A stretch of DNA of 64,000 bases from the NCBI RefSeq assembly GCF_006345805.1, contig NC_043001.1:48546001-48610000 (forward strand). Reading direction: 5' to 3'. Position 1 is the stretch's first letter. Each line of letters begins with the position of its first letter. The translations under genes were made by a program, and so were the position numbers. Positions 24,154 to 35,999 of this stretch are shown piece by piece. This stretch comes from Octopus sinensis. Lineage: Eukaryota. Below the pieces are notes generated by a model. It saw only the letters and a list, made by a program, of their open reading frames with translations, made no database searches and was not told the origin of the DNA.

Positions 24154-25624
24154 GTGTGAGAGAGAGAGAGAGAGAGAGAGAGACAACCAGCCAGCCATTC
24201 TTTCAGTTTGTGATCATAAAATAATGGCGTGAAAATCCAGGTAGCTAACACCCTTTTCCTCAATTTTTCTTTCAAAATCTCAGCTTTTTAATAATCATTA
24301 CTGATAGTATTTTCTGTTGTCACTTCGTTTATTATAAAACGAAAGAATAACGACAAACAACGTTGTTCACTAATTTGAAACTCAAAGTACAGGCTCGTTG
24401 ACGAACAAAATTTGAATTGCACGAATTCTGTGGAGAATAATCATGAAAAAGTGTTCACAGTATTTAGTTACAACTATTCACGCTCTGAGTTAAAATCCTC
24501 ATGGCTTTTCTTCATCGGACGATCTTTCCTTTTATGTACATAAGCGATGGACAACTCAGTGAAAAACAAAACAATTGCCAAACCATTACACGGTAAATCA
24601 GTCTTCATTTTTATAGTAAGATCGCCAATATCTTATCTTTGATAATGATGCTTGGTAAACTAGCACTTCTAAGTTGAGAAAAGAATTACCAAAAGTTCCT
24701 TGCATGATACAGTGTTTTATTTCGATGAAATGTTCGTATCTCTTCTATTGTGTTCGAATGTAATTGCTGCATCATTGGGATCTACGATATGAGGGCGGTG
24801 CTTTGCTGTGTAAAATGGTTTGGCAATTCGCTCACCAACCACTTCCAGCGTCTATAAAATCGTGCAACAGCTGACAAGTATTGTAGTTGACTTAATTGAC
24901 ATTCATATAAAACATGCTTGGTGTAAATGGAATCATAATAAAAGACCCGACCGCGTTACCAATTAAACTTGCAGTGTTCGTGTTTGTATGAAGTTCCAGC
25001 GGGTTTTGCGATTATTTACATTTTGAGTTAAAATCCTGCCAAGGCCAACTTAACTTTATTTCTAATATATATATATAAAGTATCAGTCAAGTAATGGGAA
25101 ACTATTTAATCGACTGAGGCCGGCTCTCTAGTCTTTTTTCCTATAATCTTAACACTTATTCCGGACAAAGTGTTTAGAGGCATTTCGTCCGTCTTTACCT
25201 TCTGAGTTTCAAACTCTTTCGAGGTCGACTTTGCCTTTCATCTTTTCGGGTTGATAAAATAAGTATCAATTAAGCACCGGGGTCGATGTAATCGACTCAC
25301 CTCCTCCGCCGAACTGGCCTTACGCTAAAATTTGAAATTTGAAACCTGTATTCTTACGTTAGTTTTTTAAGGTTTTGGAATAGCTATTCTTCGAGTCACT
25401 ACCAAGAAAGGAGAACGGTATTTTCTCCCTCGCTTTCCTTTTTCTTTCTTTCTTTTTCTTAGGTACTTGTACTTTATACAACGGAAATTCTCCAAAAAGA
25501 CTTTTTTGCATTTTGTTCATCCTACACCACTTCCGTACCCTTTTCGTTTTCCCATGAGTTTGGGTCTCCGAAAGACATATTCCAAAACTCCACTGTTGTT
25601 TTATTCGCCGAGGTCGACTTTACC

Positions 25625-25890
25625 GGCAATCTTACGGTTCTAGTATATTTTACGTCAACTGACCACGTGTATTTGTTTATATATGATCGTCGATTTCCGT
25701 AAAAAACTTTTATTTTTTTACATTTTTTTTTACATATGGGGTTGGGGGGGTGGAATGGGATCTTTGGGGTTAGGGTTAGGTTACAAAATAAATGTAAAAA
25801 AATAAAAGTTTTTTACGGAAATCGACGATCATATATAAACAAATAAACATGGTCAGTTGACGTAAAATATACTAGAACCGTAAGATTGCC
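25625..25890. mobile_element. 266-bp palindromic MITE with ~100-bp TIRs and 8-bp TSD (Merlin-like), inserted in a family-B SINE
   Basis: Near-perfect inverted arms GGCAATCTTACGGTTCTAGTATATTTTACGTCAACTGACC... and ...GGTCAGTTGACGTAAAATATACTAGAACCGTAAGATTGCC. TSD ACTTTACC at 25617-25624 and 25891-25898. The G-rich centre contains GGGGTTAGGGTTAGG. Confidence 0.92.
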
Positions 25891-26161
25891 ACTTTACCTT
25901 TCATCCTTTCGGGATCAATAAAATAAGTACCAATTGAGCTCTGGGATCGATGAAAATGCTGGCCTTGTGCCAAAATTTGAAAACTTTTTTTCCCCAGTTC
26001 TTTGTTGATTTCTTCATTTTCTCATTTTCCATATTGGTCATCTTATTCTGGCAACCACTGTAGCTTCAGATTTTAAACCGATCAGCATTTAAACCGAGCC
26101 ATTTCTGTAACAGAACAACAAAATTAGACAGACGATAAGTATCAAGTCAGATTATGACATA

Positions 26162-26677
26162 CCGTAAATCCTCGAGTATAATCCGCATATTTTTCCCCAA
26201 AATTTAAAGGCCAAAATCCCTAGTGTGTACTATATACGAGGTTAAAAATGAAAAATATTTTCTAAGCAATGTCCGAGACTCTATTAGCTGTCCGGCAATG
26301 TTTATTCAGACGCATTTTGTGATGTCGGGCGCGAAAAAATCCCTTAAGCTAAGCCTGAAAGCAATGAAGTCATAAAAGAATCATCCATAACTTGCAGTTA
26401 GCAACATTTATTAAACGTTATAACTGTTATTTCTTTATTTTCTGCAAACAAAATGCACAAAAAAGCTACACATTTGCTTTATGTTATATATACAATAATA
26501 ATAAAGGGCGTTATCGTATACGTTTTTACAAACCGAGGACGTTATATAGACCTCCTTGACTCAAGTTAGAGAAGGGGTGAGTAGTATACACAAGGTTTAG
26601 GTTTTTCAGAGGTACAGCCCCCTAAAAAGTCCCCTGCGCATTATACTCAAGGGCGGACTATACTCGAGGATTTACGA
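26162..26677. mobile_element. 516-bp Tc1/mariner-superfamily MITE (Tc2/pogo-like ends), TA TSD
   Basis: TA-CCGTAAATCCTCGAGTATAATCCGC ... GCGGACTATACTCGAGGATTTACGa-TA, with subterminal copies of the tatact/agtata motif. Confidence 0.85.
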
Positions 26678-27047
26678 TATATACAATACAACTTATAGAG
26701 AGTGTTGATTTTGGCGATGGTCATGTTGCCAGTTTAACCATACATAGACGTAACTTATAGAGAATAAATACACAAAGAAGTATATATAGCAGGTGGTCAG
26801 TAGAAGTTCTACAGTGAGTTGCAATGTTTTCTTACGTTTTTTATCGTTTACGTAGGGATTTATTTGAACGAATCGAGCGTAAACAAATTAACTCCATTTG
26901 TCAAGAGGTGGTGGGGAACAAACACGTAAAAACACGCGCACTTACATACATACGTACACACACATTTGACGGGCTTCTTTCAGTTTCCAGATGTTATGCA
27001 GTTGGGAAGTAAACCTCTTACCATACTGACATGCTTATATATATATA

Positions 27048-27385
27048 GTCTTTTATTCTTATGTTTGTTACAGTCATCTGACTGCGGCCATGCTGGAGCA
27101 CCGCTTTGAAGGGCTTTTAGTCGAACAAATTGACCCCAGGACTTTTTTTTCAAAGCCTGGTACTTATGCTATCGGTCTATTTTGCCTAACCGTTAAGTTA
27201 CGGGGACGTAAGTACACCAACACCGGTTGTCAAGCTGTGAGGGGGGTGGGGACAAACAGACACAAAAACACACATTCACATAAATATATACGAAATCCAC
27301 TCACTTTGGTCGACCTGAGGTTATAGTAGAAGACACTTGTCCAAGGTGCCACGCAGTGGGACTGAACCCGGAACCATGTGGTTGT
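27048..27385 (-). mobile_element. SINE family A
   Basis: Contains gactgcggccatgctggagcaccgc..gacccc..aagttacggggacgtaa..aaggtgccacgcagtgggactgaacccggaaccatgtggtt. Confidence 0.8.
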
Positions 27386-27400
27386 GCACCTATATGTGGA

Positions 27401-27610
27401 AGGCGGCGAGCTGGCAGAACCGTTAGCACGCCTGGCGAAATGCGTAGCCGTATTTCGTCTGCCGTTACGTTCTGAGTTCAAATTCCGCCGAGGTCGACTT
27501 TGCATTCATCATTTTGGGGTCGATAAATTAAGTACCAGTTACGCACTAGGGTCGATGTAATCGACTTAATTCATTTGTCCTTGTTGTCCCCTCTGTTTTG
27601 AAGGTAATAA
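27401..27610 (+). mobile_element. SINE family B, young copy (Deu/Nin-like core)
   Basis: aggcggcgagctggcagaaccgttagc..gttctgagttcaaattccgccgaggtcgactttgc..ggggtcgataaattaagtaccag. Many further copies, e.g. ~32200, 38283(-), 42985, 43405, 43925(-), 46440(-), 49838, 50065, 54700, 55838, 56222. Confidence 0.85.
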
Positions 27611-29762
27611 ACATATATATATATACATATATATATAATAAACATATATATATTTTTTTCTTCTAAAATATAACTTTAGAACAAGTTTTTAAGCTTTTCG
27701 TGCGAAGGGAGTGAGGTTTTTTTGTTATTGTTATTTATCATTATTATTTTATTTAATTCGAGCTGGTAGAATCTAAAGCGTCGGGAAAATGCTTTGCTGT
27801 ATTTGTTCGGTTAATTAAATTCTGAATTCAAATCCCACCGGGGAGTCAACTCCGGAGATCGATAAAATAAAGTACCAGCCAGAGGTGGTAATCATTGGTA
27901 TCGATTAACACTCTTCCCCTCGAATTGTTGGCCTTGTACCTAAATCGGAAACTATTACGATTATTTCACCTCTGTTAAGTTAAAATATTGAGAATCACAT
28001 GTAGGGTGGTAATCTCCTGGTAGATTTAGTAGCTGCTCTTTCTAGCTTGATGGTGTGACCAGGTCGAAAACTTTGAATTCGCTCAACTTACGTCGGTCGA
28101 TAAATACGTTTCCCCCACCTTCTGGAAGATTTATTTTTAACCCTGTGCGTTGTTGTAATATGCGTTTCACAAACATAATTTCAGTGAAGAGAATTAGCTT
28201 CGTTCGGAAATAGAAACCGTATCACCATCTCATCTTGCAGGGACGTTTAGATACAACCCTATAGATGTCCTATACATGTTGAGCATAGTTGAGGAAATCA
28301 ACGTTAGCGATTTCGTGTATGAAGCAGGTATTTATTCCACTGCGTAGTTAAGTTATTAGTCGTGGTACGTGTTGTAGTGGTGGTGGTGGTGCGTGTTCCG
28401 GTTTTTAATCGTTGTAGTGGTTGTTGTTGTTGGTGGTGGTGATGATGATGGTTGTATTGGTTTCTGTGGTTCGACGTGGCTGTAGAAAGTGGTTCGGGTG
28501 GTTATAGGAAGTATATAACATGCGGTAATTGTGTTGGGTTGGTTTTGTAGCGAACATTAAATGGGAAAACCGTCTCGTCTCTACACCACCACTCACTTTC
28601 ACAATTATTTTCTCTCATACCTAACGTCACCGCTACCATCACAACCACCACCACGGTTGTTTTGAACACTATTTATTCTCTGTTCTAACAATTTTCTCTG
28701 TACGTATGTATATACGCGCGCGCACAAAAGCCTTATGCATTGAACTAACGTGCCTGAATATATAATGCTACTAACACTTTTACCCTTAAAGGGTTTTCCT
28801 ATGGAATAACGTCAGAAATTATCTAGTGCGCCAAAAGCCATAATTTCTTCGAATACGCTTTAAATTAAACATCGTAGATTTACAATTCTGCAAAAGAAAA
28901 GATTTTTCTTTTCTTTTCTTTTTTCTTTTTTTGAGAGGGCGGATTAGAGCATTCTCACTCCCACCCACTGTCGTCCCACACTTTCCGTAATTTTTCAGTT
29001 TTGACTTTCTTTTGAAAAACTTTTTTTTCCCCCGATTTATGTTTTAAATATCTGAGATTATGAGTCTTCGAAAATATGTGTTATATACATCTAAACAAAT
29101 TTTTTTTAGATTAAAAAAGTCAACACCAAAAAGAAAAAAACGGGGAAGGGGAGACACCCTCCTCACTTTTTTTTTTATATATACAGATTCGTAATCTGCA
29201 ATGCTTAAAACATGTGCTCTGCCAAAGAATTTCCCGACACTATTTTATAGGAACGCCCCCTTAACATAATTCTTAGATGATAGTTTGTTGCGTTACAGTG
29301 AGAGAGAGAGGTGGGGGGGGGTCTTTGAATTACAGATTACAAGTCCGTCGAGCTTCCACAGCTTTCTGTCTCCCTATGCCTCAAAAAGGGTTTGAGTCGC
29401 CCCGAAGCTGTGCCGAAAGACATGGATCCGAGATTTCCACGACTGCATGATTTGCAAAGCAAACTTCTAAACCAATCTACAATGTCTGCTTGACACACCA
29501 CACACACGCGGATACACAACGGTGCCTTTATTTTCTTTTTCAACTTCGAAATCTGACATGCTTCGATCCAACGCTTCTCTCTCATTCTTGTTGTTCTTTA
29601 GTTTTACCTTTTAACTTTTTCCCACCTCCATCATACTTCGTATTTGCTGGGATTTTTTCTTACAAATTTTTAAATTTTTATTTTACTGGAATATAAATCC
29701 ACTATGTTTTCATTTATTTGTCCTATTGTCCCTAATCAGTGAAGTATATAATAATGATAATA

Positions 29763-29942
29763 CGAAGGTGAGTCAAAAAGTAATGCCGTATTGTTTAGGA
29801 CAGGTATAATTACCAACACAGGAACATGTATCATACATCAAAATGAAGCTGGTTCCCTGTGGATCACATGCCTACTTCTCAACATAGTCACCGTTTCTCT
29901 CAATAGCAATGTTCACCTTCGAATGAGAGCATGTATCCCTGC
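29763..29942 (-). mobile_element. Mariner terminal fragment (one TIR plus transposase C-terminus)
   Basis: TA-CGAAGGTGAGTCAAAAAGTAATG end. The minus strand reads AGIHALIRR/[W]NIAIERNGDYVEK* with a 1-bp frameshift. It abuts the RTE directly. Confidence 0.75.
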
Positions 29943-32197
29943 AAAGAAATCAGGAACCCTACACATCGATTTCAACAAGATGTCTCAGCCCGACCTTGTA
30001 GAACAGTTTGCAGAAGCCTTTGAGGAAGAGTATGATGCAACACAGTCCAGAGATACTGCCACAGAGAGATGGGAAACTCTACGAGACAAAATCCAATGCA
30101 CAGCCGTGTCTATCTTTGGAAAGAAGACCTCAAAGTCTCATGACTGGTTTGAGGCCATGTCGCTTCAAATGACCCCTGTAATTGAAGCTAAATGAGGTGC
30201 ACTGGTGGAATATAAGCGGTCACCCACTGAGAGGAACCTGTAGATTCTGAGGACTGCCAAGAGCAAGGTCCAGCACACCACCAGGTGCTGTGCCATTGAA
30301 TACTGGACAGAGCTCAGCGAGTCAATCCATATGGCCACTGCAACTGGCAACATCAGAGGGATGTACGATGGCATCAAGAGGGTGCTGGGACCAATGCAGA
30401 ATAAGATGGCTCCCCTCAAATGCCTCACTGGGGAAGTCATCATTGATCAAGGCTGACAAATGGATAGACGGGTGGAGCTCAGCAAGGCCATCGACAGTCT
30501 AGTAGCAGGCAAAGCTCCAGCAGCAACAGCATTCCACCAGATCTCATCAAGCACTGCAAGATTACCCTACTGCACCATTTGCATGAAGTCCTCTGCCAGT
30601 GCTGGAGGGAGCTGTACTGCAAGACGTGAGAGATGCAAAGATTATTACCCTGTACAAAAACAAGGGCAAAAGAAGCGACTGTAGCAACTATTGGGGTATC
30701 TCCTTCCCCAACATCATTGGCAAAGTCTACACCTAGGTCCTTCTTACCTGTCTGCAGAAGTTGGCTGAGCATGTCTACCCAGAATCACAATGCGGCTTCC
30801 GAGCTGAAAAGTCCACTGTAGACATGATCTTCCTTCGTCAACTACAGGAAAAGTGCAGGGAGCAGCAGATGTTCCTATATGTTGTATTCATCAACCTCAC
30901 CAAGGCCTTCAACCTCAGCAGCAGAGACTGCCTTTCAAGGCTCTCTGTAAGATTGGCTGCCCTCCAAGACTGCATAGCTTAATTGAGTCCTTTCACTCAA
31001 ATATGAAGGGGATTGTGCAGTTCAATGGCAACCTCTCTGAGCCCTTTGACATACACAGCAGAGTCAAGCAAGGCTGTGTGCTCGCCTCAACACTTTTTGG
31101 GATCTTCTTCTCTCTCCTTCTGAGATGCACTTTCAGCACAGCACAAGAAGGAATCTATATGCAGACCAGATCAGATGGCAAGCTCTTCAATCTTGACTGC
31201 CTAAAAGTGAGGACAAAGGTCTGTGAAGCTGTCATCAGAGACATTCTATTTGCTGACGCCACTGCAGTTATGGCCCACTACCAGTGGGAGCTGCAGCTGC
31301 TAATGGACTGCTTCTCCCAGGCCTGTAAGGACTTTGGGCTGACCATCAGCCTGAAGAAGATAAATGTCCTGACATAAGGCACACCAGCACAACCAGCTAT
31401 CACCATCAATGACTACGAACTTAAAGTTGTTCATCAATTCACCTACCTTGGGTCCACCATCACTGACAACTTCTCTCTCGATGCCGAGATTGGTAACAGA
31501 ATTGAGAAGGCAGCCACTACACTCACGTGCCTCACATCATGAGTGTGGACAAACCCAAAGTTGACAGTGAAAACAAAGATGGTTGTGTACAGTACCTATA
31601 TCCTCAGTACCCTCTTGTATGGCAGCGAGACATGGACCACATATGCCTGTCAGGAAAAAAAAGCTGAACAGCTTCCATCTCAAAAACCTACGACGCATAC
31701 TCGGTATCTCCTGGCAGGACAAGGTTACCAACACCAACGTCCTGACTCATGCTGGCCTCCCTTCCATGTAAACTTGCTGAGGCAACATCAACTATGCTGG
31801 CTAGGCCACATTCACTATATGGAGGACAGCCGAATCCCAAAAGACATTCTTTACGGAGAACTTGCAGCAGGACAGAGGGACATGAAGACGCTCAACATTG
31901 ACATCAACTCCTGGGGGGACCTGGTAGTGAACCGCATCAGGTGGAAAAGCACACTTGTCAAACTGCTACGGATTGAAGAGAAGCAGTTGCAGAAAAGCAA
32001 GCCTGATGTAAGGGATCGACAGCCTACAGACCAGAATCCACACACAAATGCGATCTATGCGACCAAGACTGTCATTTTCACATTGGTTTCCATAGCCACA
32101 GGAGGCGCTGCTCAAGCCAAGTGGCCCAACCTAGACAATAAATGGACGGACGTGATACCCATGGTCAGCCATGACCGAAGGTGGCCCTAAAAAAAAA
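29943..32197 (+). mobile_element. 5'-truncated RTE-clade LINE (RT pseudogene)
   Basis: SHDWFEA, AGKAP, YPESQCGFRAEKSTVDMIF, FINLTKAF, KIGCPPRL, VKQGCVLASTLF, LFADA, FGLTISLKK, STLLYGSETWT, WLGHIHYMEDSRIPKDILYGEL. The 3' end is CCCATGGTCAGCCATGACCGAAGG plus an A run. Multiple stops and frameshifts. Confidence 0.93.
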
Positions 32198-32969
32198 GCA
32201 GTGAGCTGGCAGAGTCGTTAGCATGCTGGGCTAAATACTTCCTAGTATTTCGTCCGTGTGTACGTTGTGAGTTTAAATTCTGCCAAGGTCAACTTTACCA
32301 TTCATCTTTTCTGGGTCAATAAAACAAGTACCAGTTAAGCACTGGGGTCGATGCAATTGACTGACCCCTTCCCGAACTTATTATTGACATTATTCTGCTG
32401 GGATCTAGTTTGCTTTTAATCTTTTCAGGGGTCGATAAAATAAGTACCAGTACATTGACTGAAGTCAATGTAATTAACTCGACCCCCCCCCCAAAAAAAA
32501 ATTTCAGTCCTTTTGCCTATTGTAGAAATGGTTATTGTTGTTAACGCATAAAGCGTGATGGGCCGTCAGGTACAGGTCAACAGGCCACGATCGTGGCCGA
32601 GATAGATGCATTTAATTTATGAACGTTTGTTGGGGTCTAATGTCGCTCAAACGCTCCAGTACTCCCAGAATGCAAGAGGACTAATAGTTCAACTAATGAC
32701 TTTTCAGATGGTGTAAAACTTGCCACCATTATATACTAAGAAGATATTTTAACTAGTTTTTGTTTTTTATGTGTACATGGTAGTCTCATTTTCATAAAAT
32801 GTGCTCGGCAGTCCATGCTATGTAAGTGCAAATCCCAGTGCTCTATGAGTTTGTAAGTAATGTCTAGTACCCTTGTATGAAATAAAGAAATTACCTGCAT
32901 CGGTTATTTTGCCATAGTGATGACCTTTTACAGTGCTTTTATTTATTATCCTAACATCAAACAACAACA

Positions 32970-32976
32970 ACTACTA

Positions 32977-33019
<43 letters not shown>
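32970..33019. repeat. (TAC)n microsatellite
   Basis: Direct inspection. Confidence 0.95.
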
Positions 33020-33020
<1 letters not shown>

Positions 33021-33305
33021 GGTTAGTTAACCTGCAAAAAATAGCACTGAAGTTTTCTTTGAAATCAAACTCTAACATCTTAATTGAAAAGAAAAAAAAG
33101 TAAGACACATTAGCTAATGTGATCCCAGATGGATCTATCCACACTTAAAAAAGACCAAAAGCTAGTTGGGTTGGGGGCACTTTTTAGCATTACAGGTCCT
33201 CCTCTAGCTTTCTATATTGTTAGTTGACCTGGGACAAAACTACTACTACTATCATCACCACCACCACCTGTACCACCATCACCATCACTACTACTTTCAC
33301 TTTAG

Positions 33306-33377
33306 TTTCGACTGTCCTGCTGACCGGATACTGCGTAGTTTGTTGTGTTGTCATCAGCAGCAAGCAACAGCAGAAAG
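33306..33377 (+). other. Candidate 72-nt internal exon of an unidentified host transcript
   Basis: Acceptor ctactttcactttAG| and consensus donor AAG|GTGAGT. The length is a multiple of 3, and it is open in phase 1 (xSTVLLTGYCVVCCVVISSKQQQK) and phase 2. Confidence 0.35.
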
Positions 33378-34319
33378 GTGAGTCTATTCTGAAATGTAAT
33401 GAAATTGGCACACACACACATACCATGTCAGTGAAACTGAGTTCTAGAAGTGCTGTGTGTCCCACCCACACTTAACAAGAAAACTTCTCACGCATTCTAT
33501 CACAACAAACCAAACTACATCTCTTCTCTTCCTTGCATTTCCACTTCATGCACTGTGCTTACCTTACACTCCCCAATCCTGTCCTCTTGGCCCTGTCCTG
33601 CTGTATCATTGCTCTCTGCTAGCCCCCAACCTGTGTGTTCCACACATACACACCAAGAAAACTTTCCACAGACCCTACCCTAACAAACCAATCTACATCT
33701 CTTCCTCACATTTCCTCCTTCATATACTATGCCTATCTCTCACTCCGCAATCTTGTTCTCATGGCCCTGTTCCTCTGTATCATTGCTATCCGGTAGCCTA
33801 CCCATGACTCTACATATACCCAGGTTTTCGCCTCTCCCCCCCTCCACATTCTCTAATGCTTCCTCACAATATCCTGCCATTTATATCATGACTTACGAAC
33901 CTCAAAAGTATGCCCTAGCACTTGCCACCATCTATATTTCTCTCTTCCTTTACTCAACCATCCCATTTATATTCTGATCCCTGTCCCTTTTGTGTATGCC
34001 GGACACTTTGCCATCATCTCTATCCTGCTGTCTCTCTCTCTTTCTCTCTCTCTCTCTCTCCTTCCCCTGCACTTCCCTCAGGTTGGGTAACCATGTATTT
34101 CCTTTGCAGCTGTGCACCTGTTTCTGTTCTCATTCTTGATCTCTCTCTCTCTCTCTCTCTTTAAAACCCCCTCTCCCAGCTGGGTAACCTTCTACCTCCT
34201 CTATAGTAAGACACCTGTTTGTGTCTTGCTATAACCTTTCATCATCTGACACAAGATCACCTCCTCCAATGCCCCCTCCCCTCTTAAAAGAGTTTTGTTT
34301 TTTGTCTTGCAAGTACTTG

Positions 34320-34607
34320 GTGACTGTCAGTGTAGGTGCTACTTTAAAGGACTCAGTCCACACTGTAAAGTGTTTGGTGTTTGGAAGGGCATCCAGCTAT
34401 AAAAAACCTTGCCAAAACTGACCTCGTCTGTGCTTGTGCCATGTAAAAAGCCTAAATCCACTCTGCTGAGTGGTTAGTGTTAGGAAGGGCATCCAGCTGT
34501 AAAAATCCTGCTAAAACAGTTACAGAAGTCTGGTGTTGGCTCCTGCCTGGCCGGCTCTTGTCAAACCATGCCAGCATGGAAGGTGGACGTTAAGCGATGA
34601 TGATGAT
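34320..34607 (+). mobile_element. SINE/retroposon 3' portion with a duplicated Meta-domain-like core and (GAT)n tail
   Basis: ggaagggcatccagct(a/g)taaaaa occurs twice (~34383 and ~34483), ending atgccagcatggaaggtggacgttaagcgatgatgatg. Related cores at ~36975, 38908, 39212, 51505(-) and 61940. Confidence 0.55.
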
Positions 34608-35627
34608 AAGTACAGGTGAAGTCAGTTTTGGCATGGTTTTTACAGCTGGATGCCCTTCCATACATAAACCTCTTTACAATGTGGACTGGATGCTTTTATG
34701 TCCACACTGTAAAGTAACATACCCACCCAAAACAATTAGAAAAGGCCTGGTACAAGCTGCTTTTTATTCTTGCTTTTGAGTAATGGCTAAGAAAGCTTAG
34801 ACATACATACCCCAAGGGAAGAGACACACAACACACCATTTACAGTGGTATCCATACCTTTAGCAGTCAACAACTTAAAACAGCTGTCATTGTTCCATAA
34901 TTGATTAATACAAAAAATTCTAAGATTCTGACAATTTGTGAGTCAAAAGTGCTATACACCTGTAAATTCCAGTTTCATTGCTGCTTGAGGGTGAGGGTTG
35001 AACAGCGATATATTTAACATTATCCAGACATTTTGGTTTTTATTTATGTTTAATCTTCATTTATTCCATTTCTATATTGTATCAGTTTACACAATACGTA
35101 CTTCTTAAATTACATATGTTGGTTGCTTATGGTATTAAACTTTCCTGAATAATAAAAACTCTGCCTGTTTTATATATACATATGTGTGCACATATATGTG
35201 CAAGTGTGTGTGTGTTTATATATATTTATTTGTTTACTTGTTTCGGTCATTTGATTGCGGCTATGCTGGAGCAGTGCCTTGAAGGGTTTTAGTTGAACAA
35301 ATTGACCCCAGGACATTTTTTTTTCAAGCCTAGTACTTATTCTATCAGTCTCTTTTGCCGAACCACCAAATTGCAGGAATGTAAACACACCACCACCAGT
35401 TGTCAAGTGGTGGGGGGGGGGACACACAAACAGACATAAAGACACATGCTTAGATACATGCACACAGATGATAGGCTTTTTTCTCTACCTACCAATTCCA
35501 CTCACAAGGCTTTGGTCGGCCTGAGGTTATAGTAGAAGTCACTTGCCCAAGGTGCCACTCAGTGGGAGTGAACCAACCCAGAATTTGTTGGGAACCAATC
35601 TTCTTACCACATGCCTGCACCTATATG

Positions 35628-35665
<38 letters not shown>

Positions 35666-35999
35666 CTCACACACAGTAACATGTATATACCCACACTCAT
35701 AAGCATACATAATCATCATCATCAACAACAACAATAAATATGTTTTGTGCTAGCATGACTGGAATCTTTGATGGGAATCTATGGATCCAAGGACTGTATC
35801 AGGTTCCAGTGTCTGCTTTGGCTTGGTTTCTGTGACTAGATGCTGTTGCAAACATAACCATTTTACAGCAAATACTACTAGGTGCTTTTCTCATGGCCCC
35901 AACATCAGTGAGGTCACCATGCATCTTTATTTTATTTTATTTGCTATAAAGGCAGTATACAGAGTAGCTGCTGCAGGCTGGACGAGACATTAATGAGGC

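Noticed and set aside
28241-28327. 87-nt phase-1 exon-like segment (ttgCAG|..GCAG|GTATTT; xTFRYNPIDVLYMLSIVEEINVSDFVYEA)
   Set aside because: The reverse complement resembles a degenerate tRNA-derived SINE head (acgcagtgg..cgttgatttcc), so the splice-like signals may be coincidental. Not supportable without RNA data.
29336-29493. Plus-strand frame DYKSVELPQLSVSLCLKKGLSRPEAVPKDMDPRF..* and overlapping minus ORF 29337-29585
   Set aside because: Weak acceptor context, no recognisable domain, and the strand is ambiguous.
29791-30195. 134-aa ORF
   Set aside because: Chimeric read-through of antisense mariner sequence into the RTE ORF.
33504-33788. ~110-bp diverged direct repeat giving His/Pro/Cys-rich ORFs
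   Set aside because: Lies in a pyrimidine-rich, repeat-like tract; the ORFs are low-complexity and unsupported.
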